A DNA stretch of 60,794 nt, filler included, from Dimargaris cristalligena (lineage: Eukaryota), in assembly GCA_003614675.1 (NCBI GenBank). It is 13 parts of 13 records of this genome, joined end to end, with 100 filler letters (N's around TTAATTAATTAA, not from the genome) between each part and the next. Parts side by side here need not be neighbours in the genome. Positions count along the whole stretch, not along the records: positions 37,646 to 42,217 come from ML003755.1; positions 42,318 to 46,883 come from ML003756.1; positions 46,984 to 51,523 come from ML003757.1; positions 51,624 to 56,162 come from ML003758.1; 9 more parts are not named here. One strand, written 5' to 3'. The notes beneath the pieces are model-generated. The model was not told where the DNA came from, ran no database searches, and was given only the letters and a program-made list of their open reading frames with translations. Both the position numbers and the translations under genes were made by a program. Of this stretch, positions 39,133 to 51,929 are shown piece by piece. Position 1 is the stretch's first letter. Each line of letters opens with the position of its first letter.

Positions 39133-41733
39133 TTTACCCTTGTCCTAAATGCTAGGCTATATATTGTGAATATATGGATATACTAAACAAGTACACGAGT
39201 TCCAAGACCCCTATTCCCAGGACGGCATATATATGATGCTTGATACGAGTCAAATATTTTTATCACAGAAAAGTGGGCTAAACTCGGATATTTAGAATGG
39301 ACTGGACTTGACATTGTCACTCTGAAACTAACACACCCTGATCATTACTTTTGTTCTATCACTGTATCCCCAGGCTCAATATATTTACTTTATTAGTTGA
39401 TCATTTGGCATACTTCTAGTCTTCAAGCTCGGAGTAATCTAAAATCGGGACATTCAATTGTTATGGCCTCTTTACAGCTTAAAAGGAAAAAATTTGGTTA
39501 GCCACTCGAGTACCATCAGATTAGAAATCATATGGATAATACTTCTAAGAATAAAGTACTAGGAGTCAACTCCATTGATACTTTCTCAACAGAGGACAAT
39601 AATGAGGGGATGACAATAAACAGGTATTATATGTTAGAATGTTTAAAGAATGATAACTGTAAGCTTTATTGTATAATGATATAATCACTAGTAAAAGTAG
39701 AAATGAATCAGGAAGAAAGCCACAAATAGAAACAGCTACTCCAGTTGAGTTGTTTTATTGAATAGAGGACGCGCCCATAAGAATAAAGGGGTTGCAGTTA
39801 TAGAGGGTGAATAAAATACCACTCATAGGAGCCAGAAGAGAATCGCGATAGATCACGTGATTCATAACATTATAGGCACAAATACTAACCAGTGGTGTAC
39901 TTAGAAGTGGCTAATTAGGTACACCAGATGAATATTGACGAAGGGAGAATCAGGTTGTAAACTGAAGGGATATCTATATGGAAGGATAACACCAGAGAGT
40001 CGTCCTAGCAATAGTAGCAGGTTGAGGAAAAGTATGACGTTACCAACTTGGGTATGTGAAATTCAACTATAGTACCAAACATTGCAATCACAGATTTGAA
40101 ATTGCATAATACAGCCTTATATTGGAGGTCAGCATGGATAGGCTACATCCCTATGGAATAATAATATCCTGCACAATAGTAATAAGAAGAACCATGGCTA
40201 TTATTTAACAAGCGAATAAACACTGCCGGCCCTGGTTATTCATAAGCTAGTACTATTCTTGTAAATCAGGGCTTCTTTTGTAATTCAATATTTTGGCAAC
40301 ACCACCCAGGCCCACCGGGCATGATTCGGCTAGACATGGGACATCTATCAATTGGGATTTACTAGCGGCATAGAATGCTATAAATATAAAGATGCATAGT
40401 GTTGGGTGGTTTCACCTTAAATTTACTAGGCTTGAGATGGCGGGGATATGGTCCCAGAATCTTTCTTAGGACAATTTGATACTGACAGGGTTGTTCCCCA
40501 CCCTACAGGCAAGGTGCTGCTCAAGTGAGTGGGAGGATTAAAATTGGGGGGGGGGAGGGCTGGGACCCATGGCCAATACTGGGTATGAGTACAGAAAATG
40601 GGAAAATAAATACTTAAATGTGCTGAAACATTTAGCGAGAATCAGTTAAATTTATTAAATGAAGATATTGTTGAAAAGGGTGCTTCCTCGAATACTTGAC
40701 CATATTTTTACCGAAATCCATCGTATTTTTTATGACAATCTACAAATTACAATAGACTTAGAACATTGCATACTATATAGCAATAATAATAATAAAATAG
40801 GAGTCGATGGGGGTCGTTATAAACACATTACTTGTAAAAAAATACGATGATATATCGACAAATTGACCTTCAAAACTTATCATCAACCGTAATAGATCAG
40901 ATATTGCCACAGAAAAGGGTGCCATAGCATAGGGTACACACTGGAGATAGGTGTAAGCATTGGCTATATGCCGTTGGTTGGAAGGAGACTCAGAGGGGGG
41001 TCAACTAACTTAATGACTGACCTAAGACTAGCCACGGATTGTAACTGTCATATACTCAACAGAGCACCTAGGGAAGACATTACATCCACTTCCCCCAGCT
41101 GTAGAGTATCGAGAAAGGCATGGCATAAGATTCCAATTACTATGGCCCATACCATTCTAATCAAACCAGACCCCTAGTCATATCAGTACGATTAAGCAAT
41201 GTCTATAAGTTTTATAGTAGGACACCTATCTCTAATATTTAATTAGTTGCATCATTGATTCAGGTAATGTTGTGAGCCGATTATTGAATCAGAGAGAATG
41301 AGTCTCCAGAACCAACCCAGGGAGCATAATTCCAAATATCGCTAAGAAACCTGTTCAATTAGCCGAGGCTGGCGGGATAGATTGCATACTCTATTTTAGT
41401 ATGTTCGGACTCTCCATTGCCATAGCCATAGCCATCCAAGTCAATCCATCACCATTTACGGGGGATTATATATATATAGTTGTGGTTTATTTACAAGGCA
41501 CAAATTTTAAAGGTATTTCTCAATAAAATCCATCGGATAAACAATATATAAATAAACAGGGGAATTCTATAATGAGCTAACCAAAGACTCGGGCAATAGC
41601 CCAGCTAGAGCCAGCGTATACCAGTGTCCTATTTTAGTAGTTAGACTTTGGTAGAACTGAAGACATCCGTCATATTCAACCGGTAAAACGTCCAAATAAT
41701 GATAGCTAGCGGTGGCGACTCACATGGATAGAC

Positions 41734-41964
41734 TTAATGACTGTACTTCTTGTCAGCAGCATGGCCGATAAGGGCACCCCCAAGGGCACCAGTCTTGCCT
41801 AAAACGAGACCTCCAGCAGCAGCACCTCCAAGGGCGAACTTGTTTCTGGTGATGACGTTGCGACGGTAAAGGGTGGCCTGGGTTTCGGCAGGGTTCAAGG
41901 CAGTAGTAGTCGAAGCAGCGAGGACAACGGCGAGAAGGACAATGGGGGACAGGAAACGGGCCAT
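41734..41964 (-). CDS. 76-aa secreted prepropeptide with glycine-zipper mature region
   Basis: CACC-ATG context; [22 protein letters not shown] signal, LYRR site, then [41 protein letters not shown]. Confidence 0.8.
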   Translation of the reverse strand: MARFLSPIVLLAVVLAASTTTALNPAETQATLYRRNVITRNKFALGGAAAGGLVLGKTGALGGALIGHAADKKYSH

Positions 41965-41979
41965 GGTGAATTGTTGGGT

Positions 41980-42217
41980 GGACACCACCAGGATACGGGG
42001 GTCGAACAAACGGGCGACTTGGGCCAGCGTCCATTCGAACCAGGCGAAAAAGGGCGGATAGTCCAAGGTCCAGACGCTGGTGCTGTCGGTATACCATTCG
42101 GCCAAGGGACGACTGGCGGTGACGGCCAGCCAGTTGCGGTGCACCTCAAAGTCAGTCGAACGGTAGGCCGCAAACAACAGCAGCTTGGTGAAGGTGCTGA
42201 ACCAGAACAGGTCGCTT
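41980..42217 (-). pseudogene. ALG8: N-terminal fragment of ALG8 alpha-1,3-glucosyltransferase
   Basis: [46 protein letters not shown]; homology stops after about 80 aa. Confidence 0.9.
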
Positions 42218-42659
42218 NNNNNNNNNNNNNNNNNNNNNNNNNNNNNNNNNNNNNNNNNNNNTTAATTAATTAANNNNNNNNNNNNNNNNNNNNNNNNNNN
42301 NNNNNNNNNNNNNNNNNTTTGTCTCTTTATGCTAGCTGATTCTCCTTTCCTTTAGCTTTCCAACTTATACTTTCATTTTCTTTTCTGTTTATTATTGATG
42401 AAGTTATAGGTTGTTGATATCAATGGTGTTTTTAACCCATGATGATTGACTACTTCATATTACTAGTTTTATTATTTGATGATCTATTTATGAGCAAGGC
42501 TTGGGAATTACCAGTCTCTGGCAGATTCCTTCTTGGAATTATGCCATATGACTATGTAGCATGTATTCCTTTTATTGGTTTTATCAATATCCAATATGAA
42601 GGAGGACTAGGAAGACTGTGTCTTCCAACCTTCCAATTTTGATGAATTACTTCCATTTA

Positions 42660-43305
42660 ATATATTCATGATCATAGTTTAGCCAGTAGGTCAATTTTTT
42701 CCCTATTGTAGGTTTTTTATGACCTACAATTATTGCAGTTTTATTCTTAGCTATAGTTATTTAGTCTGGTCAATTTCTTATATATACCTTAGCAGTGTCC
42801 CCTCAGTTGAAGGGATAAGTTAAATTCAAGATAAGTATTTTTGTGATGTCATTTTCGATATAAGCTTCTATTACTCAGGATAAAGATTTATATTAACTTC
42901 ACCAGATAATACCAACGACTATCCTTTACCCAGTTTTTATTTAATTATTTTATTGCCACTACTCCTATTTATTTTACTTTCATTCACTTAGTTTGAAGTT
43001 GTGGTATCTCCGAGTACCAAATTGATTATACCATTTGATTATAACATTCTTTTATACTGTTTTTAGTTTATTTTATTTTTCTTATCAAATGACAATGTGA
43101 GACAACGACATATGACGCGATGGATGACCAGAAGATCAGCGGCAACTTCCCCAAGGCCACATCAGTCTCGACCCCCTCAAACCCAGTAAAGTCCAACCCT
43201 CCACACTATATGACAAAATATGTTGACCTGTCCAGTGGAAAGAAACCGGAGGTTCCCCCTCCTGCTGACACTCCCAAAGACAAACCAGTGGAGCCCCTTA
43301 AATAA
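42660..43305 (+). mobile_element. Third repeat family: LTR-like segment, PBS-like TGGTATCTCCGAG and short ORF start
   Basis: 42660-42870 matches 2110-2240 and the reverse complement of 4075-4185; ORF 43120-43305 matches 3112-3330. Confidence 0.55.
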
Positions 43306-46300
43306 TTGGCAATACACTAGATAGTGATATAGTAGACCAATCAGTGCTACTGTGGTCATTATTTCTTCGACATAGCTTTCCATTTTCAAAAGGTGTTATG
43401 TACAAATTCCTACATACATCTACATGCTGCATTGCAACGTACAAGTTAAATGCATTATCCAAAAACTGAGCAACATGTGTTGCTGCAAGGCTATTATTTG
43501 GGAAATCGACTTTCTAGTAGCACGATTTAATTCAACGACACCTTTACTTTATTGAACGGGATTCAAATGTGGTGATTTTTTTGAGAGCGACTAACTACAG
43601 GATGTAGATTCGTAGTATCCCATCCCACTGAAATTTGGGACCGAATATCCTGGAAGATAATATTGAGTTGCTGGGTATCCTGTTGTAGTTCATCTTGGAT
43701 ATTCTAAGGAAAATATGGCAATGGTAAATGACTATAGAAAGTGTAACAAGAGAGGCAAGCCGCTGTATTGTTCTATTCCGCAGGAATAGTTACGTTATCC
43801 ATCAGCTTGAATATTACTAATGCTGGATACAAAAGGAATGGGCAGAATATGAAAGATTATGATCACGTCGGTCCTTTTTGGGGCTATGTACTCCCTCGCT
43901 GGTAACACAAACATGTCCTCGGCATGCCATTTCGGGTAGGCGTTTTGTAATTTATGTGACCCCCTTGCTGAACTCGGGCGCGAAACAACGGGGTTAGAGG
44001 ACGAAATACGGGATATGGAGACATTAGGATATGAGCCCAAGGTTGGTTTGATAGAGTGCTGTATTGTGAAATCGATGATACTGCCCTTATCTGAATATAT
44101 GGTATGGCATTTTGAGCAACATACTCCCATCGAACAATACTTAACCAATAGCCACGAATACACCCAACCCATAGGACCGACCACTTCTTGTCGACATGAT
44201 TGTACGTGTTTATAAAAATACCAAAAATTAGTGTAGGCGAGAACATGGTGGTAGGCAAAATTGAATTAGCCGTGTTGCCACTGAAATTGGGTAGAGTTAT
44301 TGAGAGTCCAGCGACAATTCGTTTTAAAAACTTATTATGTTAATAGAGGGGAAAGAAAAAAAATCCGTAAAAATATTACTTTCCCCGAAGTAGAAAGGAA
44401 AAATTTTCTTGCGAAAATTTGTTTCTATATCTCTCTCCTTCTTTTATTACTTCCTACCAGCCGACCCTATTAATTTATTCTATTTTTACGTTCAAAATTT
44501 GTCTCTGCCGTGCTCTTTACACTTGAGCACGACTACTTTTCGGTTATTATAGACCATGGACTTGTCCATTGTGCAAAATAAGTATCGCCAATAAATAACA
44601 AAACGTCGACGGCATCTATTAACAATAATTGGATGAGACAAAAATTACCTTTTCTACCCAAAATGAATTGCGGGGCAGATCCGTGATTTACGGGTTGGCC
44701 ATACCGGTAATGTGGGATATAGGATAGGTGGAAAACAGATCCAGAAGATTCGGGGAGTTGGAAGCCATATGCTGAGCCATGTGTAGACGATCATACGAAA
44801 CGATAGGCCCAGCGAGTAGCAGAAATAATCTCTGGGATGCGGAAGGAATGCGCGTAGTATCGTCAAATAGGCAAAACCGATAGCATATCACCCCCTTTGT
44901 TTTCCACGACATAGCAATATTTGAGATGTACTCGGGTTAGGATTAGGGTAGCGCTCTTGCTCTGATTTAACAGTGAGGCCGTGTGGCGATGCTTTCAACC
45001 GAAACACTTTAAACATACCCGTATGTATACACATAGGCGGATGGAACTCAGTCGTATTAACAAATAGAGGCACCGGTGTCTACTAGCATGATGAACATCC
45101 CTTACGAATGATGGTCCTAGTCAAGATTCGGCCAGGCATTGCTTAAACCCCAGATATCGTGAAAATAACCTGCATTTGTTCCGATAGATGCCTGTGTTTC
45201 ATCTCAAGTGGCAATGATGTGCAAAACTTTGGACAGAGGTGAGTGAGTATGAAATGAGTTTCCATCCCATTAACAGTTCGATTGTCGACCGATTTAACGA
45301 AATTCTCGGACCAATAGTGCATACATGTATACGTAAACGCGGGCTAGGTTAATCGGATGGGCCTAATCAAACCCCCCGATTCCCACCCAGACGATCCAAG
45401 CCTCGGTTTGCTGCAAGGGTTTACTTTGGCTTTCCATTTGGCTGAGATGGGAGATTTGGGGGGTTGTTTAGGGCCAGTGATCGACCTCCGTGAAGCTGAT
45501 GCTAACTCACCGGCGGCCGTGGATGGGGGGAGAGGAGAGATATTGGTATATAATGGGAATTGGTCGACAGATGAACCAGATGGGAATGTCCTGGAATAAA
45601 CATTTTTGTAAGCGCAAATCATCCACGGTGGAAATACCTACGGGATCGGTTTAAAGCGAAGAACGGGTCCAAAATAGGCGGACAATCTTAAGCGAGTTAA
45701 TTAGTGACCAAGACACACATGTTTACAATACGGGAACTACTCAATCACAGGATAGACCAAGAAAAGCGGAATTCCACCATATTGCCTCTATGAAGTGAGG
45801 TGGAAAAGAGGGAGGGGGGTTGGCTTGACAAAAAGATCCGAGGCGTATTGCCAACCACAGGGTTAGGGATAGGCGACCTGATGTTCCGCTGAACCCTTCT
45901 AAAAATAAACGCAGGGGAAGCAAAGTTGGCAAGGGTCTACTATTACTGTCGGATGACAAGCCAACGCCCCTGTCTGGTGATAGACTACAGGCGGTTCATG
46001 AGCCCGTCGGTAGTGATCGACCAGTGCTTTCCAATTCCACATTTCGTTTGATTTCACAACATCCATTATATATCCATTTACCCAATTACCCACTGTTAGT
46101 ATTATATATTCCACTTTAGATTTTACTCTGATTCTAAAGGCTGTCAAGCTGGAAGATGACAAGATATGAATGACCTAATAGTTAGTAATTTGGTTAAAAC
46201 AATAGGAGTGATGGAATAAAACACCAATGGGGGAGCCCACTAACCAAACCATAACGTAGATGACTGGGACCAACTCACTCAATAATGGGGGCGGCGGTGA

Positions 46301-49096
46301 CTTACTAATGACTTATTAGGTCCCGTGGGGGAGGAGAGCGATGAATATACTGCTATCCCCCAGACCAAGATATTATCAATAAGGAGACAGGGGTGTGAAA
46401 GGGTAGAAAATAGTTACGTTTGGTAAATCTCCTAAACTGAAATCCGTAGATCCGGCCGGCGACTATACCTTTGAAGAAGGTGCACATTAAATAAGATTAA
46501 TAGGGCAGGTCGGGCGAGTGTTGGTCGTAGTTCACCACATTTTTCCGTGTAGACCATGCACGCTGATTCCTACCTCGGCAAACAACCCTCCTCCCCGGTT
46601 CATTTTAAATTTGCCTTGACGGCTTGGGACGAACAAAAATAACCGTGTAATTACTGCTAATTAGCCGGACAGCCCCTGGGTAGTAGGCATGGAACATTAG
46701 CTCATCAACGGAGGATGACCGACCTCATTTCTAATATTATATGCCTACGGGGAGATTAAGTTAAGCAATCAATACAACGGCCATTACCTATTGTTCCGAA
46801 CTCGCCCGCGGGGTACTAACTTTTCGTTGATATGGGTGAACTTCAACCCAACTGTATAAGATTTTACACAATATATGTATGGGNNNNNNNNNNNNNNNNN
46901 NNNNNNNNNNNNNNNNNNNNNNNNNNNTTAATTAATTAANNNNNNNNNNNNNNNNNNNNNNNNNNNNNNNNNNNNNNNNNNNNTTGGGGGAGTCGGGGGG
47001 CCGATCGTGTGAAGAAGGGAAAATCCCTCCACAATCTCATGCTGGGCTTATGCCCGTTTTTCTGGCAGGATGGAGTGTTCTGATTTGTAGTCTGAAGCCT
47101 TGCAGAGTGCGGCCCCCGGTTGCTTATGGGGCCGCAAGGAATAATAGAATAAAATATAGTTTTTAATATAAGCATTGTGTTAATTTGCTTGAATAGAAAA
47201 AACTGATTGATAAATGTAGGGAAAACCAATACCTTTTATACGCGCTATTATTATGAAAAAATCACTAGTGGTGCACGGTTGGAAATGGCAACTGTGCAAA
47301 ACAAATGGGTTAGGGCAGCTTCGTTTAACAAAAGAAAGGGCAGGAGAACAATAAGTGGATCCATAGTCGATACTGAACAAGCCTGAAAGTGCCTTGCACC
47401 TTCACCGTGCCCTTTGTTAATTATTAGACTTGAAATTGTGAAGTTTTCAAAAAGGAAGATGATTCTTGGCTAGTCTACTTTTTTTTTGAAGACTGCGGCA
47501 TATCCTTTACGGGATACTATATATGTTTTGTATGCCTTGTCTATGGATTAGTCAATCACATGGTCTCGATAATTTCGACCATGCCCATGGCAATGATGGA
47601 TACCATTTGAAATCCTTGCCAAGAATTGGCCACATTGAATCTATAACCAGAAGGCTTCTCATACCCCTTCCATTGTATTGTACCAGGAGGACCCCCGTGT
47701 TTGTAGACAAAGACTATTGTATTGGTTCAAGAAACTATCCGTAGTCCCAAATTTTCCTATTTACTACATTCTCGATTATATAACTACTCTTACCAGCCTA
47801 TTGTCCCCATTTTCATTTGGCTGTACAATACTGACATTTCATTTTTGGACCGTCATTATGGCAATTTGCTAATTTTTGCCACCGAAATGCTACTACTGTA
47901 GGTTTCTGTAATATTTTAGCACTCATTTACTTAGCCATTTCAATGCACTGCCTTTTTAATTCGTGTTTTCAAGTAACAATTCTTTAATCTGAAATTGACT
48001 TATAGCCACCTGTCTGCCAATATCACCTATTTTTAAGTCAAATGGGCTGTGGTCCTTCTTCGTGGATATTCTTATTTACCGATGTCCTCGTCTAATTATT
48101 TACACTGTGCCATACAGACAAGTGGACAATTTCTACTTATTCTAGCCCGTAAATCTCTTAAAGAATTATTTCAAAAGTAAGCCGCAGGTGTTTAATGGAT
48201 CATGACCCTTGACCTTGGTCTACAAGCTCCATTAGCTCTGAAATTATTTTCTTTGGATTTCTTTACTTCACTTTGACTGGGTGCTGGCACATTTAAATGA
48301 ATCGTGTCATTGTTCTTACGAATACTGCAGTAGCAGGTACTTAGAATGTTAATTTTTATTAAATGTCAGTAAACCAATTTTTTTATATACTTTAAATATA
48401 TAAAAAGAATGATGAAATTCGGACCAGATGTACGTTATAAAAGCTATATGCAAGGGGAACTACACGGTAAATTCATTTTTAACGAGTAATATTTACAACA
48501 TCCAACAGATCTTCTGTTTTACAACCTGGTTGATTCAACCCCATGAATATCCTGTTAATATTTGCGTGGTATCTAAATACGATTCACAAAGGTAGCCCAG
48601 TTCTGCCAGCCTGGGGAATCAAATTACAATCTTCTAATTTACCCTTGTTTAGCGCAGTTCAATGCTAGCAGTGAAAATATTTAACGGATATACCAATTGG
48701 TAGTTTTACAAAGCAAGTTGTAGTTAAATACATATGTACTGCCATGGGCAGGTACGGTTTTCTCCTTCTATGGGAATAACCAACCGTTTCCTCTCGTCAC
48801 ATGATGCCAACACACACTGAACAAACAGCGGCTACTCCAAATGCTAATTTGGAAACCACGCGTCTAGTTAATCCTATTTCCAACCCTGCCTATTTCCGGT
48901 CCTACTGACTAAATGGTTACTTCCACATCATTTGCATTCATAATTCCAGCTGAGTTGGAAATAATATCCTCTCATGTTGGAATGAAGTGGGCAGTGTTGA
49001 AGCTTATCCCTATCCTTATCCTTATCTGGTTACCATGAATGCCTCAGTGGATCTGAGGTATTTCCGCCTTCCATTTTATTTAGCTGTTTTGGTATG

Positions 49097-49677
49097 TGTT
49101 GCCCAGGTTAACCACTCTTAGTCCATCAAGAGTCCCGAGGATAGGCTTCCAACAGTAGGCAGGGCTTAGGCTCAGCTAAGCAGGCTACTAACATTAGGGT
49201 AGTTATAGTACTAACTAATAAAGGATAAGTGCAGGTAAATGCAAGGGATGTATAGTAGGCACACTTACTGGTTAGTATGAGGGAGTGAGTATATATAGAG
49301 TTTATTGAGGTAAACTAGGGGGTAATAATAAGCTAAGGAATCAAACTGGTCCCAGTGGGGCCTAGTTGTATATATACAGGTACTACTCCAGAGGGAGGTT
49401 CCCAGGGAAATGCTACTAAGACTAAGGTATAGGTAGATAAAGAGTCTGACCAGATGGCTTCACATTGGGAAGACTCTCATGGGAACTGGAAGAGTCTTGG
49501 ATCAGCAGGTTGAGTGTTCTTATGCAAAGCATTGGGGCTGGAAGGAGAAGGGTTATATAATAAAAGATGACCCCATAGTACTGGGGGTGACTATGGGAGG
49601 GTTAATATGGTACTATAAGGCCTAATAAGGATGGATAATTGATAAGTCCAGATTAAGTCAGATTAGGAGGGCCGATA
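49097..49677 (-). mobile_element. LTR family A solo LTR
   Basis: Full-length reverse copy; flanks GGTATG / GGCATG may be a target-site duplication with one C>T. Confidence 0.8.
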
Positions 49678-50536
49678 GGCATGATCTATTAAATAAACAA
49701 AAATTGGAATATAAAAGGGGTGCTATACCCAGCTACATTCAACTATTTAGAATAAAAAAATTATTGGATAACATAATTAAAGGCTAACATCATTTAACCT
49801 GCACTTTGGCAGGCACCTCCCAGGTTAGGCCTAACTGGAGGCTGGTTGATTTGCACAACCCCAGCTGGCCTCAGAAATTTTGGCCTGGGGGTCATGCACA
49901 ATGTTATCCCTCAATACAAAGGAGGGATATATGGAGCCACCCTTTTGAGGGTGGCTAACACTGATTTGTCCCTGTCTTGCTACAGGGGGAGGCCTGGAGT
50001 AGTTTTTTATAGTGGCCACCAGAAAGAGGAATGAGGGCCTTAGTGTGGCCATTTGTAGGAGGGTACAGGAGAAAGGTTAGAAGAGTAAATATGTGAATAT
50101 GGCAAGAAATTTGGAAGTAACTGCTGGAGAGATGATTATTAATAGCTATCCAGGATACAAGGTTAATGTGTAGACATTGGGGATAGCATCCACTTGCCTA
50201 TTTATAATTGGCTGGTGATTTTATTAATCAGATGCAGTGTAAGTAAGACCTATCTGTCTCTTCAAAGTGTACTACTTTCATGTGGCAATTTTATAAATTT
50301 AATAGGTAAACAATACCTTAATTGGTGATGAATATTAGGAATTGGTCTTGGAATGGCTATCATATCCCAGTACTCCCCTTGTTGCCATGTTAAGTAACTT
50401 TATGAATATGTAATACAATGGTCATTGTATTATAGTTAGGTGTAATCAACTGGTGTTATGGTATAAGGTACCCTACCTACAGCACTTGGTCCTGGGATAG
50501 GGCCATAGCTGGGGATTTTGACCAAAGGCTTCTAAA

Positions 50537-51111
50537 TGTTGGACCTTTTAATCTGACTTACTCTAGACACAGTCTCCATTAGGCCTTATAGAACCATATT
50601 AACCTTCCTATAGTCACCCCTGGTACTATGGGATCACCCTATATTATATAACTATTCCCCTTCCAGACTCCTTGTTTTGCACTAATCACTCTGGGGCTGA
50701 TCCAAAGACTCTTCTGGTTACTATTAGAGTCTTCCAAGTCCTCACAGCTATCCAGTTGGCCTATTTATCTTATCCTATCCTTAATAATATCCTCCTTTAG
50801 GGACCTCCCTCTGGAGTCATCCCCCATATATATAACCAGGCCCCATTGGGACCAGTTCAACTGGCCAGCCTATTTCTTACCCCCTAGTTTATCCTAATAA
50901 AGTATATATATGCTTACCCCCCTTGTATTGACTAGTAAGTGTGCTCACTGTATATCCCTTACTTATACTTACATCTAGTAGCCTTTATTAGTTAGTACTA
51001 TGCCCCCCAACCTAACACTAAGACCTGCTTAGTCAAGCCCAAGCCCCATCTGCTGTTAAACACCTATCCTTGGGACTCTTGATGGACTAAGAGTGGTTAA
51101 CCTGGGCAACA
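50537..51111 (+). mobile_element. LTR family A solo LTR
   Basis: TGTTGGACC...GGGCAACA, aligns with 25435-26019. Confidence 0.8.
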
Positions 51112-51929
51112 TAGTGCAAAAGAGTATGTAATAAATTTGCTTTTGAGACCACTTATATCTTGTCTAAAGATATCAGTAGTAGCCCCACATTTTCCGCAGC
51201 CTACCCCACTAAACTGATTAGAGCCCCTTATAACACTCCCTCATTACATTAAATGCAGTCAATCCTCTTATACATAGCCATATTTGATTTCAAAAAAAAA
51301 AAAAAAAAGCTTCCAAGCCTTGGTCAGCCAAAAAAAAACAACAACAACGAATAGTGATACCGTTACCCGGCTATTTGAGTAGATACTTGATACCCTATCG
51401 ACATAAAATTGGGGATAAAGATATACTGAAATGAAATGAAATTTATTACTAAGCGAGAAAAAAATACGCTTTGTTATGGGTGAGTTGAGGAGAATTCGAG
51501 TTATTAATAGCCACTCATGTACTNNNNNNNNNNNNNNNNNNNNNNNNNNNNNNNNNNNNNNNNNNNNTTAATTAATTAANNNNNNNNNNNNNNNNNNNNN
51601 NNNNNNNNNNNNNNNNNNNNNNNAAATGTACGAATATCTGGGAGTCCGTAAACAGGTTTAAAGTTAACTTGCCTGATCAGACATTGGGTGGCCCATTTTA
51701 CTAAGAACCACTACCCCTTCACTATGTGAGCAGCTTCAAACAATACATCACGTTAGATAGACTGCAGACAACTAGGTGTGGGAAACCCATGGCGACAGAA
51801 CGCAACCTCATCTTAAATGTTTATTTTTGCAGTAAACCTCGATTGATTTCTTAACATTTATATAATCCATTCCCAACCATCTCCAGAGATACACAAAACT
51901 AATGGCAAGCATCCGGTCTTGATTTAAGT

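Noticed and set aside
43795-46200. Short ORFs suggesting a decayed multi-exon gene; similar traces at 133-870, 18000-18700 and 39500-40200
   Set aside because: No recognisable motif; too fragmentary to call
49097-51111. Two inverted 580-bp repeats as the TIRs of one DNA transposon
   Set aside because: The same unit occurs singly and in direct orientation elsewhere and has LTR features; the two copies are diverged
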